A stretch of DNA of 50,929 nt from the NCBI GenBank assembly GCA_022823765.1, contig JAJEHK010000255.1, positions 1-50,929 on the forward strand, read 5' to 3'. The notes beneath the pieces were generated by a model that made no database searches, was not told where the DNA came from, and worked only from the letters and a program-made list of their open reading frames with translations. The position numbers and the translations under genes were made by a program. This DNA comes from Alphaproteobacteria bacterium (lineage in GTDB: Bacteria; Pseudomonadota; Alphaproteobacteria; SP197). Positions 27,337 through 36,578 of the stretch are shown one piece after another (within the stretch, counting starts at the first letter, position 1; the number at the start of each line of letters is the position of its first letter).

Positions 27337-28835
27337 GACGCGTCCCTTGCGGCGCGCCGGGAGCGCAGTTCCGCGTAGAGCGAGTATCCGACCGACGTCA
27401 CGACGATTGCGACGAGAAGAATGTTCAGCGCTCCTCCGAAGAAGTAGGCGAACGGGCCCACGGTGGCTTCGGCGATCAGCGAGCCCTGAATGAAACTCGA
27501 TTCCGCGATGGGTCCAAGAATGAGGCCGAGGACGAGAGGCGCGGCGGAGAATCCGAACCGTTCCAGGAAGTACATCATGGTGCCCAGGGCCGCCATGACA
27601 TAGACATCGCCCATGGAGTGCTGGACCGAGTAGGATCCGAACACCGCCAGGCCGAGGACGATGGGCGCCATGACCGATTTCGGGACCAGCGCCACGCGCG
27701 CCGCCAGCGAGGCGACGTAGAGGCCGAACACGCACATCAGGATCTGGCCAATCAGCATCGAATTGATGAACGGCCAGGCGACGTCGGGATGGTTGTCGAA
27801 GAGGTCGGTGCCGGGAAAGATCCCGTGGATCAACAGACCGCCGAGCAGCACGGCAGCGGTCGGGCTGCCGGGAATGGAGAGTGTCAGAAGCGGGACGAGG
27901 GAGGGGCCGACCATCGCGTTGTTGGCGGATTCGGCCGCAATGATGCCTTCCGAATGGCCGGTTCCGAACTTCTCGCGATCCGGCGAGACCTTGCGCGCCT
28001 GGTCGTAGGCGACCAGCCCGGCGATCTGCCCGCCGATGCCCGGGATCAGTCCGATGATGGAACCCGAAACGGTGCCGATCGCCACGGCGCGCAGTTTCGA
28101 CAGGAGTTCCCGGACCGCCCGGGAGAGCGGATGTTTCTCCACCGAGATGGCCTCGATCGACGACCGCCGACGGCCCTCCGCGAACATGGCGATGACCTGG
28201 GGGATGGCGAACAGTCCGATAAGGGCGGGAACGATGCTGATGCCGCCGCTCAGGGATGAATGGAAGACGAAGCGCTGGACGCCGAGGATGTCGTCGAACC
28301 CCACCGTTGCGAGCCACAGCCCGATGGATCCCGACAGCAGGCCCTTGACGACGCTGGACGTGCCGAGGGATCCGATGATCGTGACGCCGAGTATGGCGAG
28401 CCAGAAGAGTTGCGAGGGTCCGAAGGCAAGCGCCCATTCGGCCAGCACGGGCGTCAGGAAGATCAGGAGCGCGACACCGATCAGTCCTCCGACAAGGGAA
28501 GCGAGGAAGGCGAGCTGGAGAGCCCTGGCACCCTGGCCCCTGCGGGCCATCTCGTGACCGTCGAGGGTCGTGGCGATGTTGGCGGGCGCCCCCGGTATCT
28601 TCAGCAGGATGGCGCTGACAGCGCCGCCGGCGACCGTGGAGGTGTAGGCCGCACCCAGCAGGATCAGCCCGTGCACGGCCTCGAGCTGGAAGGTGAAGGG
28701 AATCAGCAGGGCGACCGCCATCGTCGGGGAGAGTCCCGGCGTGGCGCCGAGGATCAGGCCACCGACCGTCCCGCCAACGAGCAGGAGCATGGCCGGGACC
28801 GTGAACACGTCTGCGAAGTAGGTCAGAAACTCCAT
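27333..28835 (-). CDS. tctA: tripartite tricarboxylate transporter permease TctA
   Basis: About 500 aa from MEFLTYFADVFT... with GATPGLSPT and PGIGG motifs of TctA. The Met at 28835 follows GAGAGG. Confidence 0.9.
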   Translation of the reverse strand: MEFLTYFADVFTVPAMLLLVGGTVGGLILGATPGLSPTMAVALLIPFTFQLEAVHGLILLGAAYTSTVAGGAVSAILLKIPGAPANIATTLDGHEMARRGQGARALQLAFLASLVGGLIGVALLIFLTPVLAEWALAFGPSQLFWLAILGVTIIGSLGTSSVVKGLLSGSIGLWLATVGFDDILGVQRFVFHSSLSGGISIVPALIGLFAIPQVIAMFAEGRRRSSIEAISVEKHPLSRAVRELLSKLRAVAIGTVSGSIIGLIPGIGGQIAGLVAYDQARKVSPDREKFGTGHSEGIIAAESANNAMVGPSLVPLLTLSIPGSPTAAVLLGGLLIHGIFPGTDLFDNHPDVAWPFINSMLIGQILMCVFGLYVASLAARVALVPKSVMAPIVLGLAVFGSYSVQHSMGDVYVMAALGTMMYFLERFGFSAAPLVLGLILGPIAESSFIQGSLIAEATVGPFAYFFGGALNILLVAIVVTSVGYSLYAELRSRRAARDAS

Positions 28836-28911
28836 TCCGCCTCTCGCCGCATCCTCCGACAGCGCGGGCTGTTCGCCCGCACTTGGAAACGGTAGGGAAT
28901 GAAAACAACGA

Positions 28912-28925
28912 TGCAAACGTTTTCA
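28912..28925. promoter_or_regulatory. LacI-family operator palindrome in the tctA/lacI divergent region
   Basis: TGCAAACGTTTTCA fits the LacI/GalR consensus TGnAAnCGnTTnCA. The 16-bp version ATGCAAACGTTTTCAT is palindromic with one mismatched pair. An extra TGAAAAC half-site lies at 28900-28906. Confidence 0.6.
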
Positions 28926-28958
28926 TCGAGGGAATTTCGGTGTATTCCTGGCGGCGTG

Positions 28959-29984
28959 ATGGCCGGGCGGCATGTTGACATCGTTCACGTTGCAAGGCGG
29001 GCAGGAGTCTCGCCGGCCACCGTGTCGCGCACCTTCAACCATCCCTCGCTCGTGAGAGCCGACACCCGGGCGAGAATCTCGGCGGCGGTCGACGAACTCG
29101 GCTACATCCGCAACCGGGCGGCGCGGTCCATCCACGGCAAGAGAAGCGGAACCATCGGTCTTGTCGTTCCGACCGTTGACAACGCCATCTTCTCGCGGTT
29201 GATCCAGTCGTTTTCCGATGCCCTGAACCGCGGGGGTTTCACGCTCCTGCTCGCATCCCACGGCTACGACCTCGAACGGGAGAAGGACCTGCTGCGCTCC
29301 TTTCTGGAGCACCGGGTCGACGGTATCGCCGTGATCGGCCTCGACCATGAGGACGCCACGTTCGCCCTGATCGAGACCCGCCAGGTGCCCGCGGTTGCGT
29401 TATGGAACCATGACGGCGAATCGCGGATGTCCTGCGTGGGGCCGGAGAATCGCCACGCGGGCTATCTTGCTGCGCAGCACCTCGCGGATCTCGGCCACCG
29501 TCGGATCGGCCTGCTGTTTCCGCCGGTCCGGGGCAACGACCGCGCGGCGGCGAGGCTCGAAGGAGCCGAGGCGCTGCTGGGCGAACGCGGGATCGCCGTA
29601 CCCGGTCGCTGGCGCATCGAGGCGGTCTACAGCGTGGCGGCGGCCAAGCGCGTGTGTGTCGACCTCATCGGCGGCGGCGACCTCCCGACAGGGCTCGTGG
29701 CCGGCAATGATGTTCTTGCCCAGGGCGCGGTGTTCGCTGCCACCGAGCGCGCGGTCGGGGTCCCCGACCGGATGTCCGTGGTCGGGATCGGAGACTTCAG
29801 CGGTTCCGCCGAGATGACTCCGTCCCTCACGACCGTGCGGTTGCCGGCGGCCGAGATCGGAGAGGCAGGGGCGGAAGTCCTGCTCGAACTCGTGCGTTCA
29901 GAACAGCACCGTCCGCTGGTTCGGCGCAATCTCCCGCTCGAACTCGTGGCGCGCGTCTCCACGGCTCCGCCGCCCGCTCCATAG
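28959..29984 (+). CDS. LacI family transcriptional regulator
   Basis: HVARRAGVSPATVSRTFNHP..V...TR.RI..AV.ELGY..N.AAR is the LacI HTH. The rest matches a periplasmic-binding-protein-like fold. ATG 28959 is chosen because ATG 28899 would sit within the operator region. Confidence 0.9.
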   Translation: MAGRHVDIVHVARRAGVSPATVSRTFNHPSLVRADTRARISAAVDELGYIRNRAARSIHGKRSGTIGLVVPTVDNAIFSRLIQSFSDALNRGGFTLLLASHGYDLEREKDLLRSFLEHRVDGIAVIGLDHEDATFALIETRQVPAVALWNHDGESRMSCVGPENRHAGYLAAQHLADLGHRRIGLLFPPVRGNDRAAARLEGAEALLGERGIAVPGRWRIEAVYSVAAAKRVCVDLIGGGDLPTGLVAGNDVLAQGAVFAATERAVGVPDRMSVVGIGDFSGSAEMTPSLTTVRLPAAEIGEAGAEVLLELVRSEQHRPLVRRNLPLELVARVSTAPPPAP

Positions 29985-30265
29985 AAGGCGCCTGACGGCG
30001 CGCGATGCGACGATGCGGTGGTTCTTCACGTAGTCCTCGTGGTTGCGCTCGATCGACCGGGGATCGTAGACATGGTTGACGAGAAAGCCCGCCGACTGGC
30101 GCAGGCGCTCGGCGGAGCGATCGCCGAGCCAATTGATCTGCTCAAGCCGCGCGCCGTTTCGCAGGTGGAAGCGCGCCACGGCATCCAGGGGATCGTTGCC
30201 GCGTTTGGCCTTCATGAGATAGTGCGCGATCATTCGTTCCGGCACGGGTCTGAGTTCGCCCACTC
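29985..30265 (-). pseudogene. malonyl-CoA decarboxylase, C-terminal remnant only
   Basis: Within track ORF 29898-30383: ...MIAHYLMKAKRGNDPLDAVARFHLRNGARLEQINWLGDRSAERLRQSAGFLVNHVYDP..IE.NHEDYV....IVASRAVRRLL matches the conserved MCD C-terminus (DPVARFHL.NGA, NW..D.S, NHE.Y). The preceding about 40 codons are Arg-rich junk. The large N-terminal and catalytic part is absent. Confidence 0.65.
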
Positions 30266-30288
30266 CGAATTCGAAGACGCGACGGCGA

Positions 30289-30423
30289 CCAGGCCGCCGC
30301 CTTGGCCGCCCTGTCGTAGCGTTCCTGGGAGCCTTCCGCTTCGAAACGCTGCTGCGCCTTCCTCGCCCGTGAAACCAGGTCATCGACGATCGCGGTGTCG
30401 TGCGCGGCCGAAGGGGGTGACAT
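30289..30423 (-). pseudogene. acylating aldehyde dehydrogenase, N-terminal remnant (about 45 codons)
   Basis: In track ORF 30142-30555: MSPPSAAHDTAIVDDLVSRARKAQQRFEAEGSQERYDRAAKAAAW aligns with the N-terminus of the intact ALDH at 24399-25808 (EDDIALVEDLLARARTAQARYASGATQVRYDRASQAAAW). Similarity then stops. Confidence 0.6.
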
Positions 30424-30509
30424 CGCCCTGTTCACGGGCGCATGGGTCATGGCGACCGCCAGGAGAGCGGCAACGCGGCACCGGGCTGGAAGGAACATGT
30501 CATCATCGC

Positions 30510-32240
30510 TCAGTCCCCGGTATGAGGTTGCAACACCTGCTTGCGGCAATGGCATGACGACTCGATTGCCGTGTCACTCCGGGCAAGGGCGCTCGCCAGG
30601 AGCGGCGCCCATTCGGCCGCCTCCGTGTCCCGGCCAAGGCGCTTCAGGCACTCGTGATAGCCGTGCAGTCCCCACACGTTGCCGCGGTTCTGCAGGCAGC
30701 GCCTGCCTTCATCGTCGAGTCCGAGATCGCGCCGGTAAACCGCTTCGGCTTCCTCCACGCATCCACTTTCCAGCAACAGTGCGCCCAGGGCATGGCGTGG
30801 CGGATGCATCCAGGGCCAGGGTTCGCTGTAGGCCAGAAGGTCGTTGCGACGCACGGCGTCCCGAAGGTGGGCGAAGCCCGTCCCGTGGTCTCCCCGGTGA
30901 TACGCCAGTTCGCCGCAGACCATGTCCCGGGCGATCGCCATGATGTTGACCGCCGTGTCGTTGAAGAAGAGACGGCTGTCGGAGAGGTCGTTGCACCCCT
31001 CAATCAGATTGTCCAGTTCCCGCTCTGCCGCGTCGAAGTTGCCGAGAGCCGCGTGAGCCACTCCCTTCGCGTAGTGGTGCATCAGGGTTGTCACCACGTA
31101 GAGTTCCGGATGGGCGGGCATGGGAAGGTCCACGATGTCGCGCCACAGCCCGAAACGCACCGGCACATGGACCGTCGAGGAACAGTAGTCATCGAGGGTT
31201 TCAACCAGGTGAGGGCTGTCCTGGCGGAGCAGGTCCGGCGTGACCGTACGGGAAACCTCCCGCGCTGCATCCATGGCGCTGCCGCGGTCCCCCATCATCA
31301 TCGCTGCGCTCATCATGGCGTGGAGGTCATGGCAGCGGGCGGTCGTGTAGAAGTTGTAGGGTCCCACCCGGCGCGCGTACTTGGCGCCTGCCCGCACTGC
31401 CTTGCGGCTTACCGCGACGGCGTCTGCGTAGCGACCGCTCTGCAGGAAGATGTGGCACGGCATGTGATTGAGATGGCCGTTGTCGGGTGACAGGTGGTGC
31501 AGACTGTCGGCCGCGGTTTCGCCAAGCTCGGGAGTGCGCGACATCTCCACCACGTGGATGTACATGTGCAACAACCCGGGATGTGGCGCCGCACCGTCCT
31601 CGCTGCATTTCCGCATGGCGGCTTCCAGCACGGCCTGAGCTTCGAGGGTGTCGGCGCCGCTGGCCGGTTCTCCGGTGTCGAGATCCCAGAGCTTCCAGGG
31701 CGTGCGGGTGATCAGGGCCTCCGCGAAGAGGGCGGCGACGTCCGCGTCATCAGGATGGCGGCGATGGACGTCGCGCATTCGGTCTGCGAAGGCGTCATCC
31801 CAGCGAGAGAATTCCTCGATCGGCACGACGTGGCTCTTCTGGTAGCGCGCGGGGAGGGCCTCGATGAGAGCCCGCTCGACCGGTGTCGTGCCATCTCGTC
31901 TTGCCATCGCCGCCGCGGTGGCGGCAAGGCACGTGTCGAGCGAGTCCTTCGCTTCGGCCTCGCTCTTCCAGCACCATGGCAGATTGATGAAGGGACCGGC
32001 GGCGTAGGCCTCTCCCCAGAACGCCATCGCGCAGTCCGGATCGGCCTGCTGTGCCTCGCGAAAGCAGACGATGGCTTCCTCATGATTGAAGCCGTAGAGC
32101 CACGCAAGGCCGCGGTCGAACCAGATCTGCCCCTGATGATTGCGCACGGTGACCGGCCGGGAGTACGGGCCAAGATCGAAGTCGTAGTCCATCGCATCCA
32201 CCTCGTGCCGCCAACTCGAAGGATGATGCGGAGCCGACAT
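30510..32240 (-). CDS. cytoplasmic TPR-like repeat protein of unknown function (paralog of 18691-20358)
   Basis: 576 aa with no signal peptide. Shares the HMYIHVVEMSRTPE, GHLNHMPCHIFLQSGRY and EEAEAVYRRDL blocks with the secreted copy. An alternative start is MDYDFDL at 32192. Confidence 0.7.
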   Translation of the reverse strand: MSAPHHPSSWRHEVDAMDYDFDLGPYSRPVTVRNHQGQIWFDRGLAWLYGFNHEEAIVCFREAQQADPDCAMAFWGEAYAAGPFINLPWCWKSEAEAKDSLDTCLAATAAAMARRDGTTPVERALIEALPARYQKSHVVPIEEFSRWDDAFADRMRDVHRRHPDDADVAALFAEALITRTPWKLWDLDTGEPASGADTLEAQAVLEAAMRKCSEDGAAPHPGLLHMYIHVVEMSRTPELGETAADSLHHLSPDNGHLNHMPCHIFLQSGRYADAVAVSRKAVRAGAKYARRVGPYNFYTTARCHDLHAMMSAAMMMGDRGSAMDAAREVSRTVTPDLLRQDSPHLVETLDDYCSSTVHVPVRFGLWRDIVDLPMPAHPELYVVTTLMHHYAKGVAHAALGNFDAAERELDNLIEGCNDLSDSRLFFNDTAVNIMAIARDMVCGELAYHRGDHGTGFAHLRDAVRRNDLLAYSEPWPWMHPPRHALGALLLESGCVEEAEAVYRRDLGLDDEGRRCLQNRGNVWGLHGYHECLKRLGRDTEAAEWAPLLASALARSDTAIESSCHCRKQVLQPHTGD

Positions 32241-32530
32241 TCCCCACAGCAGCCCGGATGACCTTCAAAGAAGATTGCTCCGCCGCGGACTTCTCCACGA
32301 CACATGTCCACGCCGGTCCATTCGTGACGAGAGTGTAATGCTTTGGATTTCGGCCTTGAAGAGGCCGACGCGACACGATGCGGGGAGAGGCCGTGAACGC
32401 GTTCTCTCCCGGAGACGTTCGCTCCGGAATGGGAGCACATCACCCGAGCCTGCGTGGTCACGGGCCAGGCGTCCCATCACAAGAAGCGGCGAGACCGGGA
32501 TGTGGACGTGTTCGGGAACAGCGGTGGTTG

Positions 32531-33841
32531 CTATCCGGCGCCACCGAAGGGATTGGGCATGCCGTCTGCGAAGCGGCGAAAACGGAAGGGGGTGAGATCC
32601 ACGGAAGGGGTCTGGCCTGTCACGAGCTCGGCCGTCACGCGGCCCGCTCCCGGACCGATGCCGAATCCGTGGCCGCTGTAGCCAGTCGAGAGATGGAACC
32701 CGGGAACCCCGTCCACTGCAGAAATCACGGGAATGGCGTCGGGGGTGACGTCGATCAGGCCGGCCCAGGTCTCCTCGATCCCGACGTCGGAAAGGGCGGG
32801 AAATGTTTGCAAGAGGTTTGAAAAGGTCTCGATGATCACGTTCCGGTAGGGCTTCGGGTTCATCACGCGGGTGGCCTCGAAGGGGCTCGTGTCGTCGAGG
32901 GTCCATCGCCTGCGGGTCACCATGTCACGCAGGCTTTGCCGCGACAGGCGAAATTTGAGGGCGTTCTTCTCGTGGCGCCATGCGGGCATGAAGTCGCTCA
33001 TCCAGCGCAGGGCATCGGGTCCAAGATGGAAGTCGGCCTGGTAGCCATGAGCCACCGTGTAACCGCCGTCCTCGCGTCGTCTCAATGCAAGGTCGTCAGC
33101 CCAGATCGCCCCCTCGAACACGGACGGAGCCGGTGTGGTCCTCATCACGTTGTTCTGGATGCGCAGCTGGGGAAGGGAGACGTCGTGATTGCCACAGAAG
33201 AGCGATGACCAGATGCCTCCGGCGAGCACCACGGTCGAGGTGGCCGTGATGCCGTGCTCCGTCACCACGCCGGCCACCCTGCCACGCTTGAGATCGAGGC
33301 CCCGGACAGCGCATCCGGTGATGATGCGTCCGCCAAGGCGTTCCGTTGCCCGCGCCAGCGCGGGGACCGCGAGGCGCGGTTCCGCGCGGCCGTCCGTCGG
33401 CGTGTGAAGGGCGCCCCGGAACGTCCCTTTCATGTCGGGAACAAGCGCGCTCAGTTCCCCCGCCGACAGCAGCTTCGAGCCCACCTGGAACTCCTTGGCA
33501 TGATCGACAAAGGCCTCGAAGGCAGCGATGTCGCCATCATCCCTGGCGGTGTAGAGAACGCCGTTCTGGTGAAACCCGACGTGATCGCCGATTTCGGCTT
33601 CGATTCCCCGCCAGATTCTCAGGGACTCGACAATGAGCGGCAGTTCCTCGGGCGCCCGTCCCTGCTGGCGCACGAAACCCCAGTTGCGGCTCGACTGTTC
33701 GCCGGCAATCCGGCCCTTCTCGAAGAGGACGACCGGGATGTTCCGCCTGGCCAGGAAATAGGCCGTCGAAACGCCGATGATTCCGCCACCGATGACAACG
33801 ACCTCAGCCGACTCCGGTATCCGGTCGGCCCGATCGATCAT
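32531..33841 (-). CDS. FAD-dependent oxidoreductase (DAO family; sarcosine/opine oxidase beta-like)
   Basis: VVVIGGGIIGVSTAYFLARR..PV.LFEKG.IAGEQSSRNWGFVRQQGR dinucleotide-binding N-terminus. 436 aa. Confidence 0.85.
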   Translation of the reverse strand: MIDRADRIPESAEVVVIGGGIIGVSTAYFLARRNIPVVLFEKGRIAGEQSSRNWGFVRQQGRAPEELPLIVESLRIWRGIEAEIGDHVGFHQNGVLYTARDDGDIAAFEAFVDHAKEFQVGSKLLSAGELSALVPDMKGTFRGALHTPTDGRAEPRLAVPALARATERLGGRIITGCAVRGLDLKRGRVAGVVTEHGITATSTVVLAGGIWSSLFCGNHDVSLPQLRIQNNVMRTTPAPSVFEGAIWADDLALRRREDGGYTVAHGYQADFHLGPDALRWMSDFMPAWRHEKNALKFRLSRQSLRDMVTRRRWTLDDTSPFEATRVMNPKPYRNVIIETFSNLLQTFPALSDVGIEETWAGLIDVTPDAIPVISAVDGVPGFHLSTGYSGHGFGIGPGAGRVTAELVTGQTPSVDLTPFRFRRFADGMPNPFGGAG

Positions 33842-33880
33842 GAAGCGGGAAGTCCCGGCAACCCTGCTCTCGTGGCCACT

Positions 33881-34102
33881 TCAGGCCACGAGAGCAGGAA
33901 TCTCGTCATCTTCGGGGAAACGGCCGAGGTCAAGTTTCGAGAACAGGACCTCATCTCCCCTGGTGATCTCGAAGGATCCGGTTCGTCCTCCAAAGATCTC
34001 GACGTCGCCTGCACCTGCACTGATGAGCTGATCCCTCGCACGGAGCGCCCGTGGCTCATAGTTTCAGGAGCGGCAGTATTCAATTCTGATCGCTTCGCTC
34101 AT
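33881..34102 (-). CDS. SelW-like (Rdx family) thioredoxin-fold selenoprotein with in-frame UGA (Sec) at 34064-34066
   Basis: My own translation: MSEAIRIEYCRS-U-NYEPRALRARDQLISAGAGDVEIFGGRTGSFEITRGDEVLFSKLDLGRFPEDDEIPALVA*. It fits the Rdx pattern I.YC..(C/U)....RA...L....V.L..G..G.FE....lfSK...GRFP. The CxxU motif sits where homologs have CxxC. Not on the ORF track because of the UGA. Confidence 0.7.
34023..34059 (-). other. candidate bacterial SECIS hairpin downstream of the UGA
   Basis: On the mRNA: UGA-AACU-AUGAGC-CACGG-GCGCU-CCGUG-(10 nt)-GCUCAU. Outer stem of 6 bp (34054-34059 with 34023-34028), inner stem of 5 bp, 5-nt apical loop starting with G about 16 nt after the UGA. Confidence 0.45.
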
Positions 34103-34160
34103 GGGTCATTCCCGTTTCGACGGCGTCATCCTAGATCACTGTCTCCCGATGATCCAAGGG

Positions 34161-36578
34161 TCAGCCGAGAAGACGCTCATTGTCGGGGTCGAACGGCGCC
34201 TCCGGTGCAATGCGCGCCCGTCTCGGTTCCCCGAGAATCTCGACGTGGAGCGAGGAGGACGCAAGGTCGATTCCAGGGTCGAGGTAGGCCAGCGCAATCG
34301 AGTGCCCCACATGGTGACCGAAGCCGCCCGAGGACACTATGCCCACCACCTCGCCGTTCATCAGGACCGGTTCGTTTCCCCAGGCGTCGGCATCATCCGC
34401 ATCGACGAGGAGGGTGCAAAGCCGGTAGCGGGGCCCCTGGTTGTGGGCCTTGAGAAGCGCATCACGGCCGATGAAGCCACCCTTGTCCATGGCGACGAAG
34501 CGTCCCAGTCCCGCTTCGAAGGGCGTCGTGTCTGCGGTGAACTCCGCTCCCCAACGCCCGTAGCCCTTCTCGAGCCGCAGGGAATCGAGGGCCCTTGCTC
34601 CGCAAGCGACGAGGTCGAGATCCGCGCCTGCCGCCGTCACGGCGCGGTAGAGGGCCTTCAGATCGTCCCGCCCCACATGGATCTCGTACCCGAGGTCACC
34701 CGTGAAGGCGATGCGCATGACGAAGGCCGGCAGGCCGGCGATCTCCGTGTGGCGCGCTGACAGGAACGGGAATGCGGCGTTCGAGACGTCGTCATGGGTC
34801 AGTCGCCCGAGGAGTGTCCGGGCGTTGGGCCCGGCAACGGCGAAGCCGCCATAGTCCCCGGTGATGCTGCGCAGCGTGACGTCGTGATGGGGCAGGAACT
34901 GCGCGAAGTGACGCAGGTGGAAGGCCTCTGCAGCGCCGGAGCCGACCAGCCAGAACGCCGTATCGGAGAGTCGTGTCACGGTGAAATCGCCGATGATCCC
35001 GCCGGCGGCATTGAGCATGGGCGCCAGGACCGTGCGTCCGTGTCTTCGGGGAAGCCGGCAGGCCAGCAGATGATCGAGGAAGGCGATTGCGTCAGGACCC
35101 TCGACCTCGTAGCGGGCAAAGCCGGTGATCTCGATCATGCCGACGGCCCGGCGCAGGGCACGGCATTCGCGGCCCACGGCGGTGAACCAGTTGGGTCGGC
35201 GGAAGGAAGGAATGTCGCGCGCCTCCTCTCCGGGACCGGCAAACCACAAGGGGCGCTCGAGACCGAAGGCGGCGCCAAAGACCGCGCCGTTTCCTGCCAT
35301 CAGGTCATGCACCGGAGATGTCCTGACCGGTCTTCCCGATTCGCGTTCCTCTTCCGGCCAGCCGATGGCGAATCGCTTCGAATAGGTCTCCGCGGAACGC
35401 GCCAGGACAAAGGTCCGGTCCGCCCAGTCGCCGAAGCGGGTGACATCGAGCGGCATCATGTCAAGCGGCGGCACGCCCTCGAGAATCCAGTCGGCCAGTG
35501 CCCAGCCCACGCCGGCACTCTGGGAGAATCCGGGAATCATGCCGGCGGCGACAAAATGGCCCTGTTTGCCCGGAACGGGACCGACGAGAGCCGCGCCGTC
35601 GGGTGACCACATCATCGGGCCATTGACGACCCGCTTCACCCCGGCGGACCCGAGACAGGGCACGACGGAGATGGCGGCCTCCATGTTGGCGGAGATGCGG
35701 TCGATGTCGTCGGGCAGGAGTTCCATGCCGAAGTCTTCAGGCGTGCCGTCAACGGCCCAGTGGACACCTTCGCGCTCGTAGCATCCAAGCAGCATGCCCT
35801 TGCCTTCCTGGCGCAGGTAGAATTCGCTGTCCTGGTCGCGGGTCAGCGGGATTTCGCCCTCCAGCGCGGCAACCTCGGCGATGTCGTCGGTGACGACGTA
35901 CTGGTGCTCCATGGGGACGAGCGGCAGCGTGTAGCCGGCCATGGCCGCCACTTCCCTGGCCCAGAGCCCCGCGGCATTGACGACCGTTTCGGCGACAACC
36001 GTGCCCGCGGGCGTGGCGACATCCCAGTCGCCGTCGCAGCGGCGCGTGAAGCCGGTCACCGGCGTGTTTCTCGCGATGACGCCGCCCGCCTGGCGCACAC
36101 CCCTGGCGAAGGCATGGGTCACCCCGGAAGGATCGACGTGGCCGTCCGTAGCTCCCCACATGCCACCCAGAATCCGGCTGGTGTCGACAAGCGGATTGAG
36201 CTTCCGGATGTCGTCCGGGCCGATGATCTCGAACTCCTGGCCGAGATAGCGCGCCCGAGCCCGCTGGACCTTCAGTTCGTCAAGGCGGTCCGTGCTGGTG
36301 GCGAGGTAGAGCCCGCCACAGCGATGCAGGCCGCAGGACTGCCCGGTTTCCTCCTCGAGGCTGTCATAGAGCCTCAGGGAATAGTCCTGCAGGCGCGCAA
36401 GACTGGTGTTGGTGTGCATGGCATGAACGTTGGCGGCGGCATGCCATGTGGATCCCGACGTCAGGTCGGCACGCTCGAGCAACAACACATCCGAACAGCC
36501 GGCGCGGACCAGGTGCCAGGCGGCCGCGCAACCAACGACACCGCCACCCACAATGACGACACGGGCATGGGACTTCAT
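34161..36578 (-). CDS. dimethylglycine/sarcosine dehydrogenase-like enzyme (FAD DAO domain fused to GcvT folate-binding aminomethyltransferase domain)
   Basis: 805 aa. VVIVGGGVVGCAAAWHL, SGSTWHAAANV (covalent-flavin His context). The C-terminal half carries GcvT-type motifs (GYE.H, GRWGAEF, EPV...G..VG.V.SGG.G). Confidence 0.9.
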   Translation of the reverse strand: MKSHARVVIVGGGVVGCAAAWHLVRAGCSDVLLLERADLTSGSTWHAAANVHAMHTNTSLARLQDYSLRLYDSLEEETGQSCGLHRCGGLYLATSTDRLDELKVQRARARYLGQEFEIIGPDDIRKLNPLVDTSRILGGMWGATDGHVDPSGVTHAFARGVRQAGGVIARNTPVTGFTRRCDGDWDVATPAGTVVAETVVNAAGLWAREVAAMAGYTLPLVPMEHQYVVTDDIAEVAALEGEIPLTRDQDSEFYLRQEGKGMLLGCYEREGVHWAVDGTPEDFGMELLPDDIDRISANMEAAISVVPCLGSAGVKRVVNGPMMWSPDGAALVGPVPGKQGHFVAAGMIPGFSQSAGVGWALADWILEGVPPLDMMPLDVTRFGDWADRTFVLARSAETYSKRFAIGWPEEERESGRPVRTSPVHDLMAGNGAVFGAAFGLERPLWFAGPGEEARDIPSFRRPNWFTAVGRECRALRRAVGMIEITGFARYEVEGPDAIAFLDHLLACRLPRRHGRTVLAPMLNAAGGIIGDFTVTRLSDTAFWLVGSGAAEAFHLRHFAQFLPHHDVTLRSITGDYGGFAVAGPNARTLLGRLTHDDVSNAAFPFLSARHTEIAGLPAFVMRIAFTGDLGYEIHVGRDDLKALYRAVTAAGADLDLVACGARALDSLRLEKGYGRWGAEFTADTTPFEAGLGRFVAMDKGGFIGRDALLKAHNQGPRYRLCTLLVDADDADAWGNEPVLMNGEVVGIVSSGGFGHHVGHSIALAYLDPGIDLASSSLHVEILGEPRRARIAPEAPFDPDNERLLG

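Noticed and set aside
27337-28995. Upstream 550 codons of the 704-aa minus ORF (26881-28995)
   Set aside because: This part is out of frame with tctA, which occupies the same DNA and carries clear permease motifs. Only the last about 151 codons (TctB) are credible.
33838-34083. 81-aa minus-strand ORF listed on the track
   Set aside because: It has no recognisable similarity. A different frame across the same DNA gives a full-length Rdx/SelW match once the UGA is read as Sec.
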